DNA of 63,980 nt, the filler included, from Peribolospora baueri (Eukaryota): assembly GCA_029717555.1 (NCBI GenBank). It is 8 parts of 8 records of this genome, joined end to end, with 100 filler letters (N's around TTAATTAATTAA, not from the genome) between each part and the next. Parts side by side here need not be neighbours in the genome. Positions count along the whole stretch, not along the records: positions 1 to 9,159 come from JAMDHS010000182.1; positions 9,260 to 18,059 come from JAMDHS010000183.1; 6 more parts are not named here. The stretch is one strand, 5' to 3'. A program made the position numbers and the translations under genes. The notes below the pieces were generated by a model. That model saw only the letters and a program-made list of their open reading frames with translations, ran no database searches and was not told the DNA's origin. Of this stretch, positions 1 to 9,399 are shown one piece after another. Positions within the stretch are counted from its first letter, which is position 1. Every line of letters begins with the position of its first letter.

Positions 1-460
1 TAGCCCTTGGACATTGTGGTATGCAATCCGTAGGGGCGTGGGAGAGGCAGGTTGAGGATCCATTTAGGCGTGGGTAGGGATGACTCCTCCGTCTTCTTCC
101 TCCATCTCCTTCTCCGAGCCTTGAGCCTGCTGGCTCTTGCTCTCCTGGTCCTTCTCCTTCTGGCCCACCTTCTCCTTCTGGCCCACCTCCGCCTGACCTT
201 CCTTCCTTCCTCTCTGCCTGTCCTCCCTCTCCTGTTCCATGGTCATCCTCTGATCCGTGTCTTTGGTGAGGAGCCAAGCCTTGAAGAGGGTCCTTGCCTC
301 CTCACTCCCGGAAGTCCGGATCTCATATTCCATCCGTCGGCGCCACTTGGCAAGGACGGCTTGGCGGAGGTCCTCAGATGGGGTGGGTGTGCGTGGGATG
401 GTTAATCGTAGTCATCTCGGATCTTCATACCGATTTCCGTCATCCTTTTGCGGAAGGCCT
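1..460 (-). mobile_element. Fragment of APE-type non-LTR retrotransposon (ORF1 3' end plus ORF2 start)
   Basis: Near-identical to ~47799-48190, with the same TAA-ATG junction at 61-66 (minus strand). It carries an extra ~69-nt in-frame segment (DTDQRMTMEQ...). Homology ends at about 460. Confidence 0.9.
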
Positions 461-1124
461 GCCGGGCGGCGGCAGTACTGTTCCGAGTATTTGAGCGCCA
501 CAAAAGGCCACCTCCCACTTCCGTCTCCCTATCAACTAACCCTCCGACAATGATGCTCTCTAGGCTATTCGACAAACCCACCGAGGGTCGCAAGTACGCT
601 GACCTTGTCTGCTGATGGCGATATGTTCCGCGCTCTCTAGGCAGAGAAGGAGAACGGAGCGGAATTGTGGAGCGTCAGCGCGAAACACGTTTATTCCGTT
701 CGCTTCTATGCAGCCGTCCCCGCTTCCATGACGTCTTTGTTCTACGTCCGTTTCTGGGCTGGTTTGCGTTCGTTGCTTCCTTCATCGGTGCCTTCTTCCT
801 CTTCCCGGTCTCACTTCGGTGCCAAGCGCAAGCGCACGTGTATGTATATGTCCGCTCTGCTACTGCTGCGGCACCCTTACACTTTTTCGAGGCCCATCCA
901 GTGCCCCATCTTCCTTCCGCCCGTCTTTCCATTGGCTTGCAGGGAACGTTGTAGGTAGATATGCCAAGCCTCTATCAGAATCTTGTACGGCACATGATGG
1001 TACGAACGGAGACTAGACTAGACTGGCTAACAGTCCCTCCGCCTCTTCTCCCCGCGAGCCCTCATGCCGCCCGTTTGCTCGATTGCGCCGACACTTCTTC
1101 GTTGCTTTTCTCTGGCACGTCAGT

Positions 1125-1314
1125 TTACTGGGCTCCACCGTGGGGGGTGTCTCAAAGTTCGTCCCGCGCGTGCGCCGACGGGCATGTGCTGTGATGGAAG
1201 TGCTCCCAACGGAAGCTTCTTACTGGGCTCCACCGTGGGGGGTTTCTCAAAATCCGTCCCGCGCGTGCGCCGACTGGCACGTTGCTGTGATGGAGGTGCG
1301 CCCAACGGAAGCTT
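1125..1314 (+). repeat. Two-copy ~95-bp tandem duplication upstream of the secreted-protein gene
   Basis: ttactgggctccaccgtgggggg...cccaacggaagctt occurs at 1125 and 1220. A TATA-like gtatatatt follows at ~1342. Confidence 0.9.
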
Positions 1315-1518
1315 GGCTGCAACGACCCCCTTCAGCAGAAAGTATATATTGTGCGAAGCGAAGGGGTTCGACTATGCCCTTTTCTCCTTCACCCGACCAC
1401 ATTGTCTCACGTTCGTTTCTTTCTTTCTTGCAGGCCAGGTGCCTCTTTTGACTTATCTTCTCTTCGCTTCATCCAAATCTTCATCGCCTGGCGCGACCAT
1501 TACAAGTCACCTTCGACC

Positions 1519-2583
1519 ATGAAGTCCCAAATGTTCTTGACTGCTCTGTGCGTGATCCTCGCCTCCACGGTCTCGGCGGCTCCCGTCCCCTTGAGTGATG
1601 CCGGTAAGTTGGGAAGCCTCGTCGGTCTGGGATCGCTGGATCTGTCGTTGTTGAGGCGCGTGGTTGATTGAACCTTGCCGCCGGTCCCGCTCGACTCAGA
1701 TGGCCTAGAAGTGCGAGCACCGCCCTATAAAGGACGCGACGTACTCTCCGATAACCCCCTATATCAATCGGAAGCTCCCGGGCTGGCGACGTCATCCTCG
1801 CGCCGAGACCTTGGGAAGAAGGGGACGACTCCTTGGGACTTGTTCACCGCCACACCGCCTGGCGTCGTCGTTGCCAGGTCGTCGGGGTCCTCAATGCCGA
1901 CGGCCTACAGTGACGATACGGTAGCTAACGACCACGCTGTGGAGCGTCGTGGATGGGATGTGCCATCGGATATGGCCGCACAGCACTGGCAGTCGGCCAC
2001 TGCAGCAGAAAAAAATGCGGGGGCGGCCGAAAAAGGAATGAATTCCTGTATGCGTCAAGGGTTGGCTTGCCACAAGCAGGGCGACTATGCAGGGGCGAAC
2101 GCATGGCACCAGCAGGCCTACGAGTACGCCAAAGACATGAACGGCTGGGATGCGAACAAGAATTACCACGTTGCGGCGGCAAATGCTGCCTCGGGCAACC
2201 AACCTGACCCGTTCTCGCCATGGGGTTCGAACAAACCCTCGCGCCGAGACCTTGGGGAGAAGGAGACGACTCCTAGGGGCTTGTTCACCGCCATACCGCC
2301 TGGCGTCGTCGTTGCCAGGGCGGAGGAGTTGAAGGCCGCAAAGCAAAAGGCCAATGAAGAAGCACAAAATGCGAATAACGCCCAAAAAACGATGAATCAC
2401 TGTATCGGGCAAGCTTCTACTTGCAACTCCGACGCAAAGGCGAACGCTTATTACCAGTTGGCCAACGGATACTCCATTGACATGAACCAGCACGCTCAGA
2501 AGGCGGGGTCCTGGAGCCGGCTCTCGGGCAACCAACCTGACCCGTTCTCGCCATGGGGCTCGCGCCGAGACCTCGCGGCGTAG
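1519..2583 (+). CDS. Secreted, internally repeated precursor protein (KEX2-processed repeat protein / effector-like)
   Basis: Signal peptide MKSQMFLTALCVILASTVSA-APVP. Intron 1604-1699 (GTAAGT..CAG) joins in frame to ORF 1675..2583. SRRDLG..PPGVVVAR and SGNQPDPFSPWGS are each repeated, and dibasic RR sites are present. Confidence 0.75.
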
Positions 2584-2615
2584 GAGGAGAAGTGTCCTTG
2601 GGACGAGGATTCTTT

Positions 2616-3474
2616 CACGCACGCGGCTTCCTCGTCACCCGGTCACCGCGCTACACGTTTGTACCGGATAGGCCCACGTCTCAGCCTTGGGGATGTGCCT
2701 CCGCGCCATCCTTCGGCGTGCCGGAATGCTTTAAGTCACCACTGGTGCAAGGAGTACAACCAATAGTTAGCACCACCACCTCCTTATCGCCTATTATCGC
2801 CCCTCGTTCCTAGCTCGCTCTTAGCGTAGTAGTTTTCGCCGCTCCCGTAGACAACCGACCGTCGTGACCCCGACTCTCTTTCGCTTGCCTCGGTTTACAG
2901 ATCTGTCGATACCTGATCCTTCGCGGCTTCGACGATTAATTAATTATCTTTCTTTCCATCCCACAAACGTCTTCTTTCTCCACTCGCCCCTTTTCGACGG
3001 GCTCTGGTTATCGTCTTACACTTCCAGGTGACTCTCACACCGCACTGGGTGTGCATCTGGAATAGATTTCAGAAGGTCGAACATGGAAAACCCGTAACCG
3101 ATTCTAGTTTATCGCTTGTTCCTATTCTTCTTGCGCTCAACACCGTACTCGCCGGGTCGGACGGTCAGCACATTGCTTTGTAGATCTGGCGATGAGAACT
3201 GCTTAGTCGGAGACCGACCGACTCGTGGGGGAGGATCGCCTCATCATGTGGGTGTAGTCCCACTGGCCGATCCCCTAGAAGGTCGCATGTCGGCAAGCCT
3301 ATGACCCCGACCCCGTCCCCCAAACATGGTCCCGTCTCTTGCACCAGCGGTGACTTAAAGCATTCCGGCACGCCGAAGGATGGCGCGGAGGCACATCTCT
3401 AAGGCTGAGACGTGGGCATATTCGGTACAAAACGTGTAGCGCGGTGACCGGGTGACGAGGAAGGCGCGTGCGTG
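2616..3474. repeat. ~135-bp inverted repeat pair (2616-2751 / 3338-3474), possible non-autonomous TIR element
   Basis: The arms are near-perfect reverse complements (cacgcacgcg..ctggtgcaag vs cttgcaccag..gcgtgcgtg). No transposase or clear target-site duplication seen. Confidence 0.8.
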
Positions 3475-3964
3475 TTCCGTCCGCCCGATCCTCTTAAAGC
3501 CATCAGGACCAGCGTTCCTGCACGGTAGACAATGCCGAGACATCGTCCTTTAATTGGTCAGACCAACGAACGGCAAATAGGAGTCAGCAGGCCTCGTCGG
3601 TTGGTTGGTTGGAAGGCGCATTTCGTCATGCACATGCAGTCTAGCAGGCCAACCTGACAAGCGGCAGCGTCCCCTTTTCTCGTGCATAAGGACTCTTGTT
3701 CTCAACAGTGAAGCAGGCAGACCGTCGACTCTCACTATGTGCTTTCCTCGAGCAGGTTTCTCACCGAGGGCGAATGGATCCCGCGCACCGGATAGAGGAG
3801 CGACACGGACCTCACCCTCTCGTCGTGGATGACAACATGTAAAAATTGCAGCATGATGATGTGAATGCCAGGACGACAGGACAGACATGACCTCGATGCA
3901 TCGACAGATAGAAGAAAGAGGACACATCATTCCTCTTCCTCCTCTTCGTCCGAATCGCCTTCCT

Positions 3965-4520
3965 CCGTGGAAATCTCTTCCATGCTACACGAGCCCGACT
4001 TTAACAGCTTCCACAGCGCTTCAGGATCGTCAGCGCCTCCGGGGAAGGGAAGCGGCAGCCCATGCCAACGATTGCGACCTTCTTTTTCTGAGGGTTCAAC
4101 GGGGTAGTAGTGGGGGAAGAAGAAAGAGTCGCCTGCCGAGAGTTGTCGCGGGGACTTGAGGGGTTACAGGGACTGGCGCGGGTCTTCCAATCGGTCGCCG
4201 GATCATGTCGCCTAGAATGTCTGGCTCAGGACAACAGGTCCCAAGGCGAAGGAGGAGAAGGAGAAGGCCACGACATCGGCGGCTCGCTGCTTGCCTTACC
4301 CATTCCCGGTCCGTTCCATTCCGCCGTCCACCATACCCAGTCTTACCACCAGGCCCTGGAGACTTTTTGGGAGCGCGGCGTCGTCCTTCCTCGCTGGGGA
4401 AGCGGTTCATACCAACCTCGTCCACACCGTTCGACGGTCGCACATCAGCCCTCGCCATCTTTCCGACGCGCCAATGTCGGACTGGAACTGGGATTGCATC
4501 ATGGCTTCTCGGTTCTCTGA
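3965..4520. pseudogene. Scrambled relic of a non-reducing polyketide synthase (KS start on minus strand, SAT-like piece on plus strand)
   Basis: Minus 4085-3965 reads KVAIVGMGCRFP/FPGGADDPEALWKLL, with a TTCCC duplication causing a frameshift. Plus ~4290-4510 reads LPIPGPFHSAVHH...ERGVVLPRW...WNWDCI. Confidence 0.55.
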
Positions 4521-5852
4521 CGAAGCGCTCGCCGATGACCCAACGACAGGCGAGAGACGACAACGTCCGCTCGGGGAGGGGGGGACCCGCTAGAGGATCT
4601 GCTTATCGCCATGTCCAAGGAGTGCTGTCGTTGGGAGATGACCGCCGAGGCATTGGCTCATCTTTCGCGCCGTTCCTCCTTCTCCTTGTCACTATCACCG
4701 TCACCGTCGGCGCATCATAAAGTGATCATCACCTTCTTCGGCCCGGACGGGAGCGCTCGCGCTCAAAGGCGGCGACAAGATCCGGCGGTCCAGAGACGGT
4801 GGTGAAGGTGGGACTGGACGTCGAGGCTACGTATAGCGAGTTGGCCCACTTTGGCTCCAGCTACGTGGAGAAGGTGGGGTATTGAAAAGAGAAACCGACG
4901 TCGACGATGCCCCAACAAGAGCCCGATGACAACGACAATCAATTGCGGACCCGGCCGAGCTTCCAGCCAGCCAGGGACGACGAGACCCCAGCTAGCGGCC
5001 GGCTCTCCTCCTTCCATCAAGTCGACCGCTTCTGTTCTTGCCGGCTTTTTCTCAGTGCGTGCATCCTGAGCTCGAGGGACTGTTTGCGCACTTTTGCGCG
5101 TGCGCTAAAAACTCGCTCGACACGGACAAGCACCCCCTCCCCTCCCCTCGTCCCTTTCCGTCCCTTTCCGTCCGTTTTTGACATCGTCCGCACCAGGCGG
5201 TAAAGTTCGACGCGACTGTGTCCGGAACCGAAAGAGAAATGGGAAATGGGAAGAATGATTAAGGAGGAGGAGAGAGGGACAGGTGGGCGTGCGGGTGCGG
5301 GTGCGCGTGGGATATCGGTCGACGATGACGACTACCGTGATCGTGATCATATTCCGTGCTCACCTCCCCCCCCACCGCATCGGAAGGAAAAATTTTCCCC
5401 TACCGCATCCTTACGAATTTCCAAAATCCACCGAACCAGACAGAGTATCCACAACTCACTTCACTCCGGTTCAGTCACACTCGATCAATCTGTCCCTCCG
5501 TCCCTCCGTCCGTCATTCACTCCGGGCGTAGAGACGACAGGCGAAACCGAGCTATTCTTTGGCTGACCCCGAACGGACGAACGAAGGAACGAAGCAACGA
5601 CAGTATAAAGTACGACATTCTTTCTTCTTCGTGTATCGTCAACAAAATGGCCAAGTCGTCGTCATCATGATCATTACCGGGGAAGAGGAGAGAGGTATGA
5701 GCGCATTTCGGCTGGACGACGAGAGGGAAACGGTGGGAAAGCGATCAAACGGGCCGGTCGGAAGACGGTGGGGGCGCCGAAGAAGGAAACCCCTCGAGGA
5801 CACCTCGAAAGGACGAGACATAACAAGAAACCGCACCCCTTCCCCCTCCGGC

Positions 5853-7545
5853 TCAAGGTCGGGGTGTGATGCCCAGCTTGAGCAGGCTCCCCGCAATCTC
5901 AATCTCGTCCCACCTCGGCTGGATGCCCTCGGCCGCCCCCGCATCCTCCGCGTTGACCGGCGATTGTCCGGCGCCTTCCTTGCGGCTCGAGATGTAAATC
6001 AGCGTGTTCCGGAAGTGTCGCATGATCGCCTCGGGAGTGTTACCACCCTCTATGAAACCGGCCGACGCCGCCAACGCAGGGTGAACGTCCTCCGTCTGGT
6101 ATCGAGTCGATGTTCGACGTGATGAGCTCCACGAGCGAGTTGATATACTTTGGCGTGATCTGAACAGTGGCACACCCGCAAACCAATCACGTCCATGTCA
6201 GTCCTCGCCATTTCTCCCGGAAGCGTACCCACTCCCACTTCCACTCCCACTCCCACTCACCGCGTCCACCTGGCGCTCAAAGTAGTACAAGCTGGTCCAG
6301 CGCGTCACAGTAGAGCTGTACCGCCGTGATCTCCTCGATACAGGAATTGGCGATGCGCAGCGCCTTTTGCAAGCACTCGAGCACTCGCTTTCCATCTCGA
6401 AACGGCGGTTGCTGCAAAGCGGCGGGAAACGTGGGCCCTCAGCACGCGTCCAGTGGGCAGCACACGGTCACCGACTGTCTCCCGATTCTCCGCTCCCCCC
6501 GTCTTCCTTGCCTTCCCGCCCGCCCACCTCTGTCTGCCACCACAGATGGCTCGCCATCATCACCGCCACGGCCTGATGAGGCTTTTTTGAGTAGCTTGGC
6601 GCCATGGAGCGCCGCTTTGGGATCAGCGTGTCGTAGTTGTCCGTGCCAAACACCTTCGCCGTCTGTAGCGTGGCGATGATTGTCGTGATCGCCTGGAATT
6701 GCGCCGGGCTCTCCGAGATGCTCTCCTCGTAGATAGTAAAGCTCTGCACATAAAACTCGTACGCAAGCTCCTCAAAACCGCATTCGTCGGCGCTCTGCGC
6801 GGCCAGCAGGAACAGTCGCAAGCAAATGTCCGACGCCTCGACACGGTTGTAAAGGATCAAGTGAACGGGGGAACCGTGATACGCGAGCAGACACATTAAC
6901 AAAAGACGTAAACACTTACAACATGCTCCCGTGCCTTGTACCTTCGAGCGAGCTTGATGCCTGACGTAATGAGCGGCGGCAAAGTGAACCGAATGCGCTC
7001 GCCGCCCTCGGTAAAGTGCTTGCGGGCGATTTGCAAAAGCTGGCAGCGCAAACAAGCGAAAAATAAAAGTCAATTCGCCGCAATGCTTCGCTCTCCGGAG
7101 TACAGCTCTCACACACAAACTCACATCCAACTCCACATGCTGCTGCTGCCCATGCTGCCTTCCTCGGCCGCCGCCACTGTAGTAGGGCCTCTGTCCGCCA
7201 TACGGCTGCTGTCCGTATTGCCCGTACGCGCCATGCGCGCCTCCCATACTCTGAGGCCCACCCAGCGGCACCGCATCCTTCTGGTCCCGAATGAGAGTGG
7301 CTGCGAGCTCCAGTATGCCCTGGACGTCTTCCGGAGTGTCGATCACCGTCTCGTCCTTCAACGCCGAAGAGACGACGGCGTGGGCGATCGACCGTCGCGA
7401 AGCATACGGCTGCACGAGCAGCAGCGGTTGGTACGACGGGAGAGCCAGCAAGGTGAGGACCGAGTTGTAGGAATTGATGGGGGCGAGGAGGAGAGACAGA
7501 AGGTTCTGCGTGGTGACCTGCGAGTGAAGGTCGGGGCTGCATCCG
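5853..7545 (-). pseudogene. VPS35: Truncated, frameshifted copy of retromer subunit Vps35 (C-terminal half)
   Basis: Motifs SPDLHSQVTTQNLLSLLLAPINSY, EGGERIRFTLPPLITSGIKLARRY, EELAYEFYVQSFTIYEESISES, KKPHQA..ASHLWW and DGKRVLECLQKALRIAN lie in shifting frames. The N-terminal half is absent and introns are retained. Confidence 0.8.
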
Positions 7546-8239
7546 AAATACCGAGAGAGCGTCAGGCGATCAGAACTACAGAGAAGGAGCGCGAATAACA
7601 GGCGCCGAGAAGTAGCTCACTTTCCCTCGAACTCGGCAAACTTCCGCCTCCATCCACCGGCGCGGAGCCGGAACCGTCGGAAGCCCCGTTAAGCTTGCCA
7701 GTAGATGGAAACTGGCCATCCTTTACAAGCGTATCTGATCCTCCGTTCTCCCTTCGGCTAGTCGCCCCGTTGGTGCCACTCGTCATCTCCTGTCCATGAG
7801 CCGTCCCCGCGCCGCTGTCACCTCCCTCCGAAGTCGTCGCAGTCGTGCTCGCTGCCGTTCCGCCGTCTGTTGTCGCCCCTATTGCATTGCTGCATACTGC
7901 TTGCCCACGCATTCTCGTCTGCAGGAGGCGGTCGAGCAGCCGACGCCGAAGAGGCCCACGGGTCATCGTTATCAGGTAGAGAAGCGAGCGTGGATGTCCG
8001 ATGGAGTGGGTTGAATTGGAGAGGTAGGAGACGAAGGCGGCTGGCCACCATTGAAAGCATCATGCGTGCTCACGGAAGGTGCACCTGGCGGGGAAGGATC
8101 GGCCGAAGGCACCTGAGGTCCGTTAGGCCCTGCCGGCGCCTTGGAGGCGAGCGATGCACCAGTACTTGTTCTCCTCTTCTTCGCCTCCAGAGCGGCATCT
8201 TCGCCTGACACTCATTCTGAGACACCTAGTTTGCCACGT

Positions 8240-9159
8240 CTAAACTATACCCAATGCTTTCCAGCCATCCACGATAGTCACAAAGCCAGCGAGACTTCCG
8301 ACGACCAATCGGCCGCTGTGAAATGCTTGAGTAGATGCTTGAGCAGACCCTCTGTTTTCAAATGGGATCCACCATTGTCTCCTGCCCCAGTCGTCCTTCA
8401 CCCATCCATCCTTGTCGACCAAGAGCAACTTCTGCTGCGACATTTCAGCAAGTTCTTGGCTTTCCATGCCTTCGCTACCAGACGGAATAGCAGCATCATT
8501 AGCCACCTTCCACACTCGGACTTCTTCCACCGACCTCGAGACGATCCGCTTCCCGTCTGGGGAGAAGGCGACCGAGACGACCGGACCCGTGTGACCTTCG
8601 AGCGGTCTACCGATCGCCCCGCCCGTCGACGCGTCCCACATCCGGAGGGTGTTGTCATACGAACCAGAGACGATCCGCTTCTCGTCTGGGGAGAAGGCGA
8701 CCGAGAGGACCAGACCGGTGTGACCTTCGAGCGGTCTACCGATCGCCTCGCCCGTCGACGCATCCCACATCCGGAGGGTGTTGTCGTCCGAACCAGAGAC
8801 GATCCGCTTCCCGTCTGGGGAGAAGGCGACCGAGCGGACCAGATCCGTGTGACCTTCGAGCGGTCTACCGATCGCCTCACCCTCGACGCGTCCCACATCC
8901 GGAGGGCGTTGTCATACGAACCAGAGACGATTCGCTTCCCGTCTGGGGAGAAGGCGACCGAGAGGACCCGACACGTGTGACCCTCCAGGACATGCAAGCA
9001 CGCAGTCCAGTGGGATGCTGTACCCCTCAACGCTTTTGGAGCCTTGCCGAATTGTGGCATAAAAGTTTTATAAAGGATTGTTTCCTTTGGTGTAAAAGGG
9101 AGGGCTGATTTATAGGTATGAAGGGCGCTTTGGGTGATTGGGACTTGGAACATTTGCAC
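8240..9159 (-). pseudogene. C-terminal part of a NACHT-WD40 (NWD-type) NLR paralogue with 4 WD units and a frameshift
   Basis: PITQSALHTYKSALPFTP linker and LEGHT..VAFSPDGKRIVSGS.DNTLRMWD repeats. A 1-nt deletion lies near 8880. Nearly identical to 41789-44627 outside the array. Cut by the contig end. Confidence 0.85.
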
Positions 9160-9259
9160 NNNNNNNNNNNNNNNNNNNNNNNNNNNNNNNNNNNNNNNNN
9201 NNNTTAATTAATTAANNNNNNNNNNNNNNNNNNNNNNNNNNNNNNNNNNNNNNNNNNNN
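9160..9259. other. Artificial contig spacer (N44-TTAATTAATTAA-N44); others at 18060-18159, 26946-27045, 35798-35897, 44628-44727, 53155-53254, 61558-61657
   Basis: The same 100-nt linker with stop codons in all six frames occurs seven times. Confidence 0.98.
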
Positions 9260-9338
<79 letters not shown>

Positions 9339-9399
9339 TGGGAGTTCGATTTGCGGCGAGCTGGCTCACTTGACAGCCATTTGATCAAGCTGAGATGGA

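Noticed and set aside
7562..8211. Stop-interrupted low-complexity minus-strand ORFs between the Vps35 and WD40 relics
   Set aside because: Not assignable to any family from the sequence alone.
9160..9259. Recurrent TTAATTAATTAA palindrome in N runs
   Set aside because: Artificial contig linker. Adjacency across it has no biological meaning.
9260..9336. Long poly-A tract (also poly-T at 26892-26945) as possible retro-tails
   Set aside because: Both lie at contig ends with no adjacent element. Probably homopolymers that broke the assembly.
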